A stretch of DNA of 64,000 nucleotides from an uncultured Candidatus Saccharibacteria bacterium. Its GTDB lineage: Bacteria; Patescibacteriota; Minisyncoccia; Minisyncoccales; PEYH01. Below the pieces are notes generated by a model. The model made no database searches. It was given only the letters and a program-made list of their open reading frames with translations, and was not told the origin of the DNA. Of the stretch, positions 33,129 to 43,854 are shown in pieces. The position numbers were made by a program, and so were the translations under genes. The DNA lies in assembly GCA_964616145.1 (NCBI GenBank), contig CAZTRD010000003.1, positions 5,892-69,891 of the forward strand. The letters are read 5' to 3'. Every line of letters begins with the position of its first letter. The first letter of the stretch is position 1.

Positions 33129-35510
33129 ATGAAAAAACAAAAATTTGTATATTGGTTTAAAGAGTTAGATCATAATGATGTGCCGCTAGTCGGAGGAAAA
33201 AACGCTTCTTTGGGAGAAATGTATCAAATATTGACTAAAAAAGGAATTAGAATTCCTAATGGTTTTGCCGTAACCGCTGATGCGTATTTTTACTTTTTAA
33301 AGAAAGCTAAAATATTTCAGGAGATTTCTCATATCATTAAAAAAGAATTTAACCCCAAAAGCATAGATAGCTTGCAAACTACGGGTAAGAGGGTAAGGAA
33401 CTTGATATTGAATGCTTCCATGCCAAAGGAATTGGAAGATGAGATAGCAAAAGCATACCAAAAACTATCTAAATCATATGGATTAAAAGATGTTGATGTG
33501 GCAGTAAGATCCTCTGCTACCGCAGAGGACTTGCCAACAGCTTCTTTTGCCGGACAACAGGAAACATATCTAAATATTTCCGGGGAGAAAGATCTCCTAT
33601 TATCTGTTAAAAAATGCATGGCTTCTCTTTTTACAGACAGAGCCATAGCTTACAGAGAAGAAAAGGGATTTAATCATTTAAAGATTGGGTTATCAGTCGG
33701 GGTGCAAAAAATGGTGAGGTCTGATTTGGCTTCTTCCGGGGTAATATTTACTCTGGATACGGAAACAGGATTTCCAAATGTAGTATTGATTAATTCCATC
33801 TGGGGGGTAGGAGAATTGATTGTTCAGGGAAAAATCACTCCTGATGAATTCTTTGTTTTTAAACCGGCGTTAAAACAGGGATATAAATCAATTATTGTAA
33901 AAAACTTAGGGAGAAAAACCAAGAAATTAATTTTCAGGCCGAAGGGAGGATTAAAACAGGTAAATGTTGTTAAAAGCAAACAGTTAATTTTCTCTTTAAA
34001 TGACGATGAGATAATTACTTTAGCAAAATGGGCTTGTCTGATAGAAGATCACTATTCTAAAGTATCCAAAAAATGGATGCCTCAAGATATTGAATGGGCA
34101 AAAGACGGACAAACCGGCCAATTATTCATTGTTCAATCCAGGCCAGAAACAGTTCACAGATCTGTCGGGAAAACCGTTTACAGAGAATATGAATTAAATA
34201 CTAAAAAAGAGCCGATTCTTAAAGGAATAGCGATAGGGGATAAGATTGGACAGGGAAAGGTAAGATTAGTTCCTGATATTTCTAAAATGAACCAGTTTAA
34301 ACCAGGAGAAATATTGGTAACCAAGATGACTGATCCTGATTGGGTTCCAATCATGAAAATTGCCTCTGCTATTATCACTGACGAGGGCGGAAAAACAGCT
34401 CATGCCGCAATTGTAAGCAGAGAATTAGGAATTCCCTGCATTGTCGGCACCAAGAATGCGACTGAAGTGTTAAAGAACGGACAGTATGTAACCATTGATT
34501 GCAGCCAAGGTCAGGGAGCAAAAATATATGACGGAAAGATTAATTACAAAGTGCATGAGTATAATCTGAAAAAGATTCCAAAGACAAAGGTGAAAGTCAC
34601 TGTAAACATCGGATCTCCGGAAATAGCTTTTAAGACCTCCTTCTTGCCAGTCAAAGGAGTTGGATTGGCCAGAGAGGAGTTCATCATCGCTCAGAAGATA
34701 AAGGTTCATCCTTTGGCTTTGTATCATTTCAATCATTTAAAGGATAGGACATTAAAAAACAAGATTGAAAAGATTACTGTTGAGCATAAGGATAAAAAGG
34801 AATATTTTGTCAAAGAATTAAGTGAAGGAATAGCTCAAATTGCCTCTGCTTTTTATCCACAACAGGTGATTGTGAGATTTTCTGATTTTAAAACCAATGA
34901 ATATGCTCAGCTGATCGGAGGAAAGTTATTTGAACCGGAGGAAGGCAATCCGATGATTGGCTGGCGAGGAGCATCAAGATACTATGATTCAACTTTTGCT
35001 CCGGCATTCCTGATGGAATGTCGGGCCATCAGAAGAGCCAGGGAGGTATTTGGATTAAAGAATATAGCTGTGATGGTCCCTTTCTGCAGGACAGTGGAAG
35101 AAGGAAAGAAAGTCATTGATTTGATTATCAAGTCAGGAATCAAAAGAAAAGACGTTAAGATATATGTAATGTGTGAAATTCCTTCAAATGTGATCCTTGC
35201 TGAGGAATTCTTAAAGATATTTGATGGAATGAGCATCGGTTCAAATGATTTGACCCAATTGGTCGTAGGAGTTGATAGGGATAATGCTGAAATTGCTTCA
35301 ATTGCCGATGAAAGAAACGAAGCAGTGAAGAAACTCATCTCTCAAGTAATCCAGGTTTGCAAAAAGAAAAAGAAATATTCCGGAATATGCGGAGAAGCGC
35401 CATCTACATATGTAGAATTTGCCAAGTTCTTGAGCAAAGAAGGGATTGAAAGCGTATCTTTGACTCCCGATGCCGTCATTAAAACAATTATGAACTTAGG
35501 CAAAAAATGA
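33129..35510 (+). CDS. ppsA: Phosphoenolpyruvate synthase (pyruvate, water dikinase)
   Basis: 'VGGKNASLGEM', 'VAVRSSATAEDLPTASFAGQQETYLN', the phosphohistidine 'GGKTAHAAIVSRELGIPCIVG' and the C-terminal PEP-utilising 'SIGSNDLTQL'. Confidence 0.95.
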   Translation: MKKQKFVYWFKELDHNDVPLVGGKNASLGEMYQILTKKGIRIPNGFAVTADAYFYFLKKAKIFQEISHIIKKEFNPKSIDSLQTTGKRVRNLILNASMPKELEDEIAKAYQKLSKSYGLKDVDVAVRSSATAEDLPTASFAGQQETYLNISGEKDLLLSVKKCMASLFTDRAIAYREEKGFNHLKIGLSVGVQKMVRSDLASSGVIFTLDTETGFPNVVLINSIWGVGELIVQGKITPDEFFVFKPALKQGYKSIIVKNLGRKTKKLIFRPKGGLKQVNVVKSKQLIFSLNDDEIITLAKWACLIEDHYSKVSKKWMPQDIEWAKDGQTGQLFIVQSRPETVHRSVGKTVYREYELNTKKEPILKGIAIGDKIGQGKVRLVPDISKMNQFKPGEILVTKMTDPDWVPIMKIASAIITDEGGKTAHAAIVSRELGIPCIVGTKNATEVLKNGQYVTIDCSQGQGAKIYDGKINYKVHEYNLKKIPKTKVKVTVNIGSPEIAFKTSFLPVKGVGLAREEFIIAQKIKVHPLALYHFNHLKDRTLKNKIEKITVEHKDKKEYFVKELSEGIAQIASAFYPQQVIVRFSDFKTNEYAQLIGGKLFEPEEGNPMIGWRGASRYYDSTFAPAFLMECRAIRRAREVFGLKNIAVMVPFCRTVEEGKKVIDLIIKSGIKRKDVKIYVMCEIPSNVILAEEFLKIFDGMSIGSNDLTQLVVGVDRDNAEIASIADERNEAVKKLISQVIQVCKKKKKYSGICGEAPSTYVEFAKFLSKEGIESVSLTPDAVIKTIMNLGKK

Positions 35511-35992
35511 CAGAAAATACTGATTTTGTAAATTTCGGAACATATCTTAACTACGAGGCAGATATTTTAAAACAGGAATTGGAAAAGAATAATATTGCTG
35601 TTAAGACATTGTATCCAGGCACTCCTCTTGGCAAAGAAAGTGCTGGGGATACTGGCTGGACTTCTTACACTTTACTTATCCGCGAATGTGATATAGAAAA
35701 AGCTAATGGGATAAAAGAGGGGATCGGAATAGAGGTTGCCAAGACAATTCCTTTTGTTCCTACTTCAAGATCAATAGGAAAACCTAGCGCTACGAAATTT
35801 CTCACGGCAGCGGGAATAATATTTTTCTTGGCTGCGATGGCTACCGGGATATTTGCTGGAAAATATATTTTAAGCGTTACTTTCTTATTAACATCCATAG
35901 CCATGTTTACTATTAATAACCTCTTGATCGTTATCCCTAAAAAAGAAAAATATGAACAACACAAACAGGAAGATAATAATAACAGGGGATAG
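35507..35992 (+). CDS. Uncharacterised protein with two C-terminal TM helices
   Basis: Soluble N-terminal ~95 aa, then FLTAAGIIFFLAAMATGIFAG and LSVTFLLTSIAMFTINNLLIVI. No family recognised. Confidence 0.45.
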   Translation: MTENTDFVNFGTYLNYEADILKQELEKNNIAVKTLYPGTPLGKESAGDTGWTSYTLLIRECDIEKANGIKEGIGIEVAKTIPFVPTSRSIGKPSATKFLTAAGIIFFLAAMATGIFAGKYILSVTFLLTSIAMFTINNLLIVIPKKEKYEQHKQEDNNNRG

Positions 35993-36944
35993 GCCCACGG
36001 GAAAACTGCATCTGGGACACTATGTGGGATCTCTGAAAAAAAGAGTTGAACTGCAAGATAAATATGATTGCTATTTCTTTTTAGCTGATTATCAGGTTTT
36101 AGGAGATCAGATGGGAAAACTGGGAATGATCAAAGAAAATATCAGAGAAATAGTATTGGACTATCTTTCTGTTGGAATTGATCCTAAAAAATCAACTATA
36201 TTCATTCAATCTCAGATTCCAGAAATAGCTGAGCTGAATCTTTTGTTTTCAATGTTGGTAACCTTATCCAGAGTAAAAAGGAATCCTACTGTTAAAGATG
36301 AAATGAAGGCCTCTGAGATTAAGAGGGCCAGTGTTGGATTTGTAAGCTACCCAATATCTCAAGCAGCAGATATCCTTAGTGTTATGGCTAACTATGTTCC
36401 CGTAGGTAAAGACCAATTACCCCATATTGAGCTTACAAGAGAAATTGCTTCCAGTTTCAATAGGAAATTTGGAAATGTTTTTCCCATACCGGAAGCGATA
36501 TTGAGTTCAACTCCGATGTTAGTTGGATTAGATGGCCAGAAAATGAGTAAATCGAGGAATAATGCGATATTTCTTTCTGATTCCGCAAAAACAGTTGAAG
36601 AAAAAGTAATGAAAGCCATTACTGATACTAAAAAAGTAAGATTGGGGGATAAAGGACATCCTAAAGTTTGCAATATATATAAATACTATGAGGCATTCTT
36701 TCCAGAGAAGGCTAAGGAGATAAAAGGACTATGCGAGAGCGGAAAAATTGGCTGCGTTGAATGCAAAAAACAGATGGCAAAAATGTTAAATGAATTTTTA
36801 GACCCTATCAGAGACAAAAGAGAAAAATTCTCAAAACAAAATGGTTTGATTGAAAGCATCCTGGAAGAAGGAAGAAAGAAAACTCAGGAAAAAACCTCTA
36901 AAACCTTATCCCTTGTGAAAAAAGCAATGGGAATGGATTATTAA
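35952..36944 (+). CDS. trpS: Tryptophan--tRNA ligase
   Basis: 'TGDRPTGKLHLGHYVG' (HIGH region), 'KMSKS' and 'GKDQLPHIELTREIA'. Confidence 0.9.
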   Translation: MNNTNRKIIITGDRPTGKLHLGHYVGSLKKRVELQDKYDCYFFLADYQVLGDQMGKLGMIKENIREIVLDYLSVGIDPKKSTIFIQSQIPEIAELNLLFSMLVTLSRVKRNPTVKDEMKASEIKRASVGFVSYPISQAADILSVMANYVPVGKDQLPHIELTREIASSFNRKFGNVFPIPEAILSSTPMLVGLDGQKMSKSRNNAIFLSDSAKTVEEKVMKAITDTKKVRLGDKGHPKVCNIYKYYEAFFPEKAKEIKGLCESGKIGCVECKKQMAKMLNEFLDPIRDKREKFSKQNGLIESILEEGRKKTQEKTSKTLSLVKKAMGMDY

Positions 36945-36951
36945 AATCTTA

Positions 36952-37611
36952 CTATTTTAGTTTGGGTCTATATTTTTTCCACCAGATCCAGGAAAAAATA
37001 GCGGCTAACACACAAGTAATTAAGAAAACGATTACGAAAGTAATTGTTTTGATCTTAATCCCGTTACCAAGATAAGCTAGAGCCAAAGCTCCTCCTGTTT
37101 GCCCAAATACATTCGCCATGATAAATGGCAATAATTTAATCTTGGAAGTACCAGCTATATAAGACATCTCATCGTCTGGGAATAATGGGACGTAATAAAT
37201 CAAAAACAGTAAAAATGATCCACCTTTTTCCCAAAACTTATCGTATTTAGCAAGATTTTCTGGTTTAACTAATTTTTCTACAATAGGTCTTCCAATTGTT
37301 CTGGATATTAAGAATGCAATAAAGTGCCCTATCACTCTACCAATATAGTTTAATAGAAAACCATACCAAGTGCCAAAAATAAATCCTCCTGCCAAACCAA
37401 CGGCATAATGACTTACTGGAGTTAATACCACTTGGATAATCTGTAATAAAACAAAAACTATTGGAGCCCAAATACCAAAACCAATAATGTAATTTCTAAT
37501 AACATCCTTGCTGGAGAATAAAGACGATGGAAACAAATACCCCCATAGCAAAAAAACTATTATTGGTAATAAAGTTATTATAGAAAAAAGTATTTTTTGT
37601 TTTTGAGACAT
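36952..37611 (-). CDS. TVP38/TMEM64 (DedA-related) family membrane protein
   Basis: Six predicted TM helices. The 'YYVPLFPDDEMSYIAGTSKI' segment resembles the SNARE-associated/DedA core. Confidence 0.6.
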   Translation of the reverse strand: MSQKQKILFSIITLLPIIVFLLWGYLFPSSLFSSKDVIRNYIIGFGIWAPIVFVLLQIIQVVLTPVSHYAVGLAGGFIFGTWYGFLLNYIGRVIGHFIAFLISRTIGRPIVEKLVKPENLAKYDKFWEKGGSFLLFLIYYVPLFPDDEMSYIAGTSKIKLLPFIMANVFGQTGGALALAYLGNGIKIKTITFVIVFLITCVLAAIFSWIWWKKYRPKLK

Positions 37612-39998
37612 TATGCTTGAATCTTTTTTACAGCCATTATTTTTTCTATCAATGGCAGATATTTTTGTAGCCTATCTCTTTCTTTTGTTTCTATTGTAAT
37701 GCTTTCTATTTCTGCCTTAACAGAAATCTTTTGCTCTGATTTGTATTTTCTGATTTGTTCTATTGCTTGAATTGCATTTTCAAAATCTTTTCCTTCTTTT
37801 GGAAAACTGAATAGTTCTTTGTTTTCCGGAAGAATCAAAAGATGAATGCTTTCTATTTGTTCTTTATTTTTAAAGAATTCTTGGTATATTTCTTCTGTGA
37901 TAAATGGAATGATAGGGGAGTAGAGCTTCAAAAGATTTAATAATAGGTAGTATAGGGCATATTGGACGCCCTTGTCTTTGTTTTCATATACTCTAGCTTT
38001 GATGATTTCTAAATAATTATCGCAAAAATCTGACCAAAAGAATTTATCTAATGAATCCTTGGCTTTAGAATATTCGTATTCGTCCATTTCCTTGTAATAT
38101 TCCTTTGTCATCAAAGAAAATTTGTTTAAAATCCATTTATCTTCATCTTGAAGTAGTTTTGTATCCGCACTTTCCATTGAATAGTTTCCTAAATGCAGGG
38201 TGCAGAATTTAAAAGCATTCCATAGTTTTGTAACCAATCTCTTTCCGTTTTTTATCTCTTCCTCATTGAATTTCAAATCATCTCCTAATGAGGCCTGGCT
38301 GGCCCAACAGCGCAAAGCATCAGCCCCATATTGATTTATTACTGTTTCCGGCTCAATTACATTTCCCTTTGATTTAGACATTTTTTCTCCTTTGGGATCC
38401 AAAAGAAAACCAGAAACAATTATCTCTTTAAAAGGAATGCTTTTAAAATGCAGATATGAGCGGACCATGGTATAGAAAAGCCAGAAGTTGATAATATCAT
38501 GGGCTTGAGGACGCATAGACATGGGAAAGGCCTTCTTCGCTGTTTTTCTATCAAATCTGGATAATACTATCTGCGGAGTTAAAGAACTTGTCATCCAAGT
38601 ATCTAAAATGTCTGTCTCGGGAATAAATTCATCTGACCCGCAGGAACATTTTGTTTTTGGTTTAGCTGATAGGGGATCAATCGGTAATTGATCTTTATCC
38701 GCCACAATGATTTTTTTGCAATTCTTGCAATACCAAGCAGGTATTGGAATGCCAAAATATCTTTGTCTTGAAAAGCACCAATCCCAGGAAAGACCATTAA
38801 TCCAGTTATCCAATCTGGATTTCATGAATTTAGGCCTCCAGATCATTTTGCTGGATTGTTTTAAGAATTGATTTCTTAAATCAAGATATTTAACAAACCA
38901 TTGATTGGTCGGAAGTATTTCAATCTCTGTCTGGCATCTTTCGTGAACATTTACAGTATGTAATATTTTCTTTTGAGATTTTAAGAGATTCAATTCCCTT
39001 AATCTTTCTGTAATCTTTGCCCTAGCTTCTTTGATTGACAGACCAGAAAATTCTTTGGCTAATTCATTTAATTTTCTGTCTTTTGTGATGGAAATTTTTA
39101 ATGGAAGATTGTGCTTGAAATACCATTCCATATCTGTTTTGTCTCCAAAAGTACAGGACATTACAATTCCTGTTCCTTTGTTAATATCTACCTTATCATC
39201 AAACAGGATAGGGACTTCTTGATTAAAGATCGGAACAATGGCTGTTTTTCCTATTAAATATCTTTTAGATTCATCTGATGGATGAACAAAAATGGCAACA
39301 CAGCTGGGCAATAGCTCTGGCCTTGTGGTTGAGATTAAAATCTTTTCTCCTGAAGTCAAGCTGAATTCAATATCATTAAAGAATGTTTCTATCTCTTTAT
39401 CTTCCAGCTCTGCCTGGGCAATGGCTGTCTGACATTCTGGACACCAGAGCATCGGCATTTCCTTCTTATATATCCTCCCTTTATTATACAGATCCAAAAA
39501 ATATTCCTGGCTTAATTTCTGAACTTCCGGGCTGATGGTTGAGTAGGCATTATCAAAATCACAGGATAATCCTATTCTTTTCCATCCAGCTACAAAATCA
39601 GGCAATATGTCTTTTATCGTTTTCTGGCATAATTCAATAAATTTTTCTCTGCCTAATTGGAATAATGTAACATTGTTTATTTTTTCTACTAATTTTTCCG
39701 TCGGCAGTCCGTTATTATCCACTCCAAACGGGTACAAAACAGAAAACTCCTTCATCCTTTTGTATCTTGCCGTAATATCGGTATGAGTATATGAAAAAGC
39801 ATGGCCTAAATGCATTTTGCCGCTCATAGTTGGCGGGGGAGTATCAATAGAAAAAATCTTTTTACTTTTTGGATTAAAGGCAAAGATTTTCTCTTTTTCC
39901 CAGAATTCCTGCCATTTGGGTTCAGAAATCTTAAAATCGTAATCTTTATTCATTTTTTTGAATTTATCCATTATATATGGAAAATCTGATTTTCTCAA
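37611..39998 (-). CDS. valS: Valine--tRNA ligase (archaeal-type)
   Basis: 'IDTPPPTMSGKMHLGHAFSYTHTDITARYKRMKEFSVLYPFGVDNNGLPTE' (HIGH region, archaeal ValRS pattern), an editing domain, 'KMSKSKGNVI' and a C-terminal anticodon-binding/coiled region. Confidence 0.8.
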   Translation of the reverse strand: MRKSDFPYIMDKFKKMNKDYDFKISEPKWQEFWEKEKIFAFNPKSKKIFSIDTPPPTMSGKMHLGHAFSYTHTDITARYKRMKEFSVLYPFGVDNNGLPTEKLVEKINNVTLFQLGREKFIELCQKTIKDILPDFVAGWKRIGLSCDFDNAYSTISPEVQKLSQEYFLDLYNKGRIYKKEMPMLWCPECQTAIAQAELEDKEIETFFNDIEFSLTSGEKILISTTRPELLPSCVAIFVHPSDESKRYLIGKTAIVPIFNQEVPILFDDKVDINKGTGIVMSCTFGDKTDMEWYFKHNLPLKISITKDRKLNELAKEFSGLSIKEARAKITERLRELNLLKSQKKILHTVNVHERCQTEIEILPTNQWFVKYLDLRNQFLKQSSKMIWRPKFMKSRLDNWINGLSWDWCFSRQRYFGIPIPAWYCKNCKKIIVADKDQLPIDPLSAKPKTKCSCGSDEFIPETDILDTWMTSSLTPQIVLSRFDRKTAKKAFPMSMRPQAHDIINFWLFYTMVRSYLHFKSIPFKEIIVSGFLLDPKGEKMSKSKGNVIEPETVINQYGADALRCWASQASLGDDLKFNEEEIKNGKRLVTKLWNAFKFCTLHLGNYSMESADTKLLQDEDKWILNKFSLMTKEYYKEMDEYEYSKAKDSLDKFFWSDFCDNYLEIIKARVYENKDKGVQYALYYLLLNLLKLYSPIIPFITEEIYQEFFKNKEQIESIHLLILPENKELFSFPKEGKDFENAIQAIEQIRKYKSEQKISVKAEIESITIETKERDRLQKYLPLIEKIMAVKKIQA

Positions 39999-40077
39999 GA
40001 AAACTTATCATTAGAACATAAATTCTCTTTATTGCAACCCTTTACCTATTGCTTAAAAGAATATAATATGGAGGAAT

Positions 40078-40434
40078 ATGAAAAAAATAGTTTTAATTGA
40101 AGATGAAAAATATCTTGTAGATATTTATCTTAAAAAATTGGAAAATGAAGAATTAAAACTTTTTGCTTTTACCTTGGCCGAAGAAGCGGAAAAAACGATA
40201 GAAAAAGAAAGGCCAGATTTGATCATTCTAGATATTTTACTTCCAAAGGAAGACGGATTAACTTTTCTTGAGAGATTGAGAAACAAAGGGGACAATACTC
40301 CCGTTATCATCCTTTCTAATTTTGAGGATAAATCATATCGTCTGAAGGCAAAAGAGTTAAATGCTAAGGAATACTATTTAAAGACCGATTACACTCCTTC
40401 GCAAGTAGCAGAATTAATCCAACAATATATATGA
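40078..40434 (+). CDS. Stand-alone response-regulator receiver domain (CheY-like)
   Basis: 'KIVLIEDE', 'DLIILDILLPKEDG' (phospho-acceptor Asp), 'PVIILSN' and 'EYYLK'. 118 aa with no output domain and no kinase in the window. Confidence 0.8.
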   Translation: MKKIVLIEDEKYLVDIYLKKLENEELKLFAFTLAEEAEKTIEKERPDLIILDILLPKEDGLTFLERLRNKGDNTPVIILSNFEDKSYRLKAKELNAKEYYLKTDYTPSQVAELIQQYI

Positions 40435-41837
40435 AAAGAACATTGATAGCGGAAGCCAGTAAAAAAGTAGGAGAGAGCATTAAAGTATGCGGATGGATAA
40501 AAACATATAGGTCTCATGGAAAAATCATTTTTATTGATTTAAGAGATATTTCCGGAATATTACAGGTAGTGATTCTTCCTGAGTTGCCTTCAGATGTTTT
40601 AAAGATAGCAAAAGACATGAGAACCGAATGGGTTGTAGAAATTATCGGAAAAATTAACAAAAGGCCTGGGGGGACGCAGAATCAAAACCTTACTACGGGA
40701 GATATAGAGATGACTGCGGAAAGCATAACTGTATTATCTGAAGCAAAAACATTGCCTTTTGATATAAATACGGATGGATATGAAGTGAATGAAGAATCAA
40801 GAATGAAATACAGATATGTTGACTTAAGAAGAGAAAGATTAAAAAGGAATTTAATTTTTAAACAAGAATTTTTGCATTTTGTAAGAACATTCTTAAAGGA
40901 CAGGGGATTTATTGAAATAGACACTCCGTCTTTGACAAAATCTACTCCTGAAGGAGCAAGAGATTTTCTAGTTCCATCCCGTCTACAACCTGAAAAATTC
41001 TATGCTCTTCCTCAAAGTCCTCAGCAATACAAACAGCTTTTAATGGTTGCGGGCATTGAGAAATATTTCCAGATTGCTAAATGCTTTAGAGATGAAGATC
41101 CCAGAGCTGACAGACAAGCAGAATTTACTCAAATGGATTTAGAAATGAGTTTTGTAGAAGAAAAAGACGTAAGGGATTTAATCGAAGAACTATTGATTAA
41201 AACAGTTCAAACGGTTGCTCCGGATAAGAAGATACAGGAAATTCCATTCCCTGTGATTACATATAAAGAGGCGATGGAAAAATATGGAATAGACAGGCCT
41301 GATTTAAGAAAGGATAAAAAAGATAAAGATCTATTAGCTTTCTGCTGGGTGATAGATTTTCCATTCTTTGAAAAGGATAAGGAAGGGGGGTGGACATTCA
41401 CTCATAATCCATTCTCTGCTCCCAAGCCGGAATTTATTGATGATTTATTGAAAAAGAAAAATGTTGAAAAGATACTGACTACTCAATATGATATTGTCGT
41501 GAATGGCTGGGAGATAGGAGGGGGAAGCATTAGGAGCCATACTCCGGAAATTCTAGAATCGGTATTTGAGGTTATGGGATTCAAAAAAGATAGGATTAAG
41601 AATAATTTCGGCCACATGATGGAAGCTTTTAGCTATGGAACCCCTCCTCATGGAGGGATTGCCTGGGGAGTAGATAGAATATTATCTATTCTTTTAAATG
41701 AAGATAGTATAAGGGAAGTGATAGCGTTCCCGAAGACAGGGGATTCAAGGGATTTGATGATGGATGCTCCGTCTGTTGTAGATCCAAAACAATTGGAAGA
41801 ATTGCATATTAAAACAGTAGCGCCCAAGAAGAAATAA
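40431..41837 (+). CDS. aspS: Aspartate--tRNA ligase (bacterial-type core, no GAD insertion)
   Basis: OB fold 'VCGWIKTYRSHGKIIFIDLRDISG', motif 2 'FRDEDPRADRQAEFTQMDLEMSF' and motif 3 'GTPPHGGIAWGVDR'. Only 468 aa. Confidence 0.9.
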   Translation: MKRTLIAEASKKVGESIKVCGWIKTYRSHGKIIFIDLRDISGILQVVILPELPSDVLKIAKDMRTEWVVEIIGKINKRPGGTQNQNLTTGDIEMTAESITVLSEAKTLPFDINTDGYEVNEESRMKYRYVDLRRERLKRNLIFKQEFLHFVRTFLKDRGFIEIDTPSLTKSTPEGARDFLVPSRLQPEKFYALPQSPQQYKQLLMVAGIEKYFQIAKCFRDEDPRADRQAEFTQMDLEMSFVEEKDVRDLIEELLIKTVQTVAPDKKIQEIPFPVITYKEAMEKYGIDRPDLRKDKKDKDLLAFCWVIDFPFFEKDKEGGWTFTHNPFSAPKPEFIDDLLKKKNVEKILTTQYDIVVNGWEIGGGSIRSHTPEILESVFEVMGFKKDRIKNNFGHMMEAFSYGTPPHGGIAWGVDRILSILLNEDSIREVIAFPKTGDSRDLMMDAPSVVDPKQLEELHIKTVAPKKK

Positions 41838-41841
41838 GAAG

Positions 41842-42771
41842 ATGTTTTTACCTAAAACTTTTTTAAAGATTTTTTTGTTGGTTATTCTTTACTTAGCTGT
41901 TTTTCTATTCATTCTTTTTTTTCCAAAAATATTTCATGGAGAATATATAACAGGAAATTCCTGTAATCTGCCACTAAGCGAATCTTTTAAAAAATATGAT
42001 GATTCGTTTTTGAAATTAAACGCTCAATCAGCAATCTCAATAGAATATGAAAATGGGATATATCATATTCTCTATGAAAAAAATCCAGACCAAAAATTGC
42101 CTATTGCCAGTTTAACAAAATTGCTAACCGGATTAGTTGCAATTAATGAATACAGTTTAGAGCAGAGGATTGTATTCTCCCAAGAATCAATAGATATTCC
42201 AGAGAATACTGGACTATACATGGCTGATCAGGTTTTTGAAGTAAGTGATCTATTAAATTCAATGCTGATTGAATCCAGCAATGATGCTGCCTGGGAGATT
42301 TCAAGAATTGAAGGGAATGATAACTTTGTTTACTTAACGAATGAAAAGGCAAAAGAATTAAAAATGAATGATTCTTTGTTTTTTGATCCGGTAGGACTGG
42401 ACCCTGATTACTATGGAAAGGATATTAATTTTTCCACTGCCAGAGATTTAACGAAATTAATAGCTGGAATATTAAAAGAGCAAAAATTAATGAAAATATT
42501 GGGAACAAGAGAAGCTGATATATATCAAAGCAATGGCATATTCCATCATACGGCATTTTCTACGAATAAAATGCTTTTTGATTACAACACTTCTGTAATT
42601 GCAGGGAAAACTGGAAGTACTCCTTTGGCAAAAGAGTGCCTATTAATCATTGCCAAACATCCAAAATATCCAAATGCATACATTATCAATGTAATCTTAG
42701 GATCTGAGAAAAGATATGAAGATATGGACAATTTGATTAATTGGATAAACAATAACTATATACGACTATGA
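41842..42771 (+). CDS. D-alanyl-D-alanine carboxypeptidase (S11 PBP5-like)
   Basis: SxxK 'IASLTKLL', SxN 'SSNDAA' and KTG 'GKTGST'. N-terminal TM anchor. Confidence 0.85.
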   Translation: MFLPKTFLKIFLLVILYLAVFLFILFFPKIFHGEYITGNSCNLPLSESFKKYDDSFLKLNAQSAISIEYENGIYHILYEKNPDQKLPIASLTKLLTGLVAINEYSLEQRIVFSQESIDIPENTGLYMADQVFEVSDLLNSMLIESSNDAAWEISRIEGNDNFVYLTNEKAKELKMNDSLFFDPVGLDPDYYGKDINFSTARDLTKLIAGILKEQKLMKILGTREADIYQSNGIFHHTAFSTNKMLFDYNTSVIAGKTGSTPLAKECLLIIAKHPKYPNAYIINVILGSEKRYEDMDNLINWINNNYIRL

Positions 42772-43853
42772 ATAGAATCCCGACATACCTATATGATCCG
42801 GAATTAATATCTAATGTGTTAAAAATATTTGGTTTGGGAGCCATATCTTTTGTTGCCGCATTTTTTGCAGCTCCTGCCTTAACTAATTTTTTGTATCGCC
42901 ACAAGCTTTGGAAAAAAACAGCTAGGGACACTTCAATTGACGGGAAAACGTTAGAAGTATTTACTAAATTCCATAAAGAAAGGGAAACAAGCGTACCAAG
43001 ATTCGGAGGATTGTTGGTTTGGGCAGTACCTTTAGGAATTGCCGCAATATTTGTCATTCTATCCAGGACTCATTGGCCAGTATTTGAGAAGTTGGATTTC
43101 TTTTCTAGGTCTCAAACTTGGTTGCCATTTTTTGCATTAATAATGGGCTCTTTTATTGGTTTATTAGATGATTTCTTGCAAACAAAAGGAAAGGGAAAAT
43201 ATATCGGCGGGGGATTAAGTTTAAAAACAAGATTACTGGTAATGGCTTCCATAGGGCTCATTGCCGGGGTATGGTTCTTTTTTAAGCTTGATTGGAGAAC
43301 TTTGCATATACCAGGATATAGAGATGTATGGATAGGGCTATGGTATATACCTTTGTTTGTGATAACAATGCTGGCTACATATTCGGGGGGAGTAATAGAT
43401 GGATTAGATGGGCTCGCTGGAGGAAGTTTTGCAACAATATTTGCGGCTTTTGGAGCGATAACATTTTTTAAGGGCCAAGTGGATCTATCTGCTTTTTGCG
43501 CTGTTGTGGCTGGCGCTATTTTAGCATTTTTATGGTTTAACATACCTCCTGCCAGATTCTATATGGGAGAAACAGGAGTAATGGGACTATGCGCTGCTTT
43601 AACTGTAGTAGTTTTTCTTTCTGACTCCGTATTATTGCTTCCCATTATTGGAATCCTCTTGCTGTTAGAAGCAGCTTCTGTAATTCTGCAGCTTTTATCA
43701 AAGAAGTTTTTAAAGAGAAAGATATTTTTGGCATCTCCTCTGCATCATCATTTTGAAGCCAAGGGTTGGCCCCAATACAAGATAACGATGAGATTTTGGG
43801 TAATAGGGATAATTGCAGCAATGGTTGGGATAGCCATCAGCTTATTCGGATAA
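42768..43853 (+). CDS. mraY: Phospho-N-acetylmuramoyl-pentapeptide transferase
   Basis: Polytopic membrane protein with 'GLLDDFLQ', 'NLVDGLDGLAGG'-like 'GGVIDGLDGLAGG' and 'PLHHHFE'. Confidence 0.9.
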   Translation: MNRIPTYLYDPELISNVLKIFGLGAISFVAAFFAAPALTNFLYRHKLWKKTARDTSIDGKTLEVFTKFHKERETSVPRFGGLLVWAVPLGIAAIFVILSRTHWPVFEKLDFFSRSQTWLPFFALIMGSFIGLLDDFLQTKGKGKYIGGGLSLKTRLLVMASIGLIAGVWFFFKLDWRTLHIPGYRDVWIGLWYIPLFVITMLATYSGGVIDGLDGLAGGSFATIFAAFGAITFFKGQVDLSAFCAVVAGAILAFLWFNIPPARFYMGETGVMGLCAALTVVVFLSDSVLLLPIIGILLLLEAASVILQLLSKKFLKRKIFLASPLHHHFEAKGWPQYKITMRFWVIGIIAAMVGIAISLFG

Positions 43854-43854
43854 T

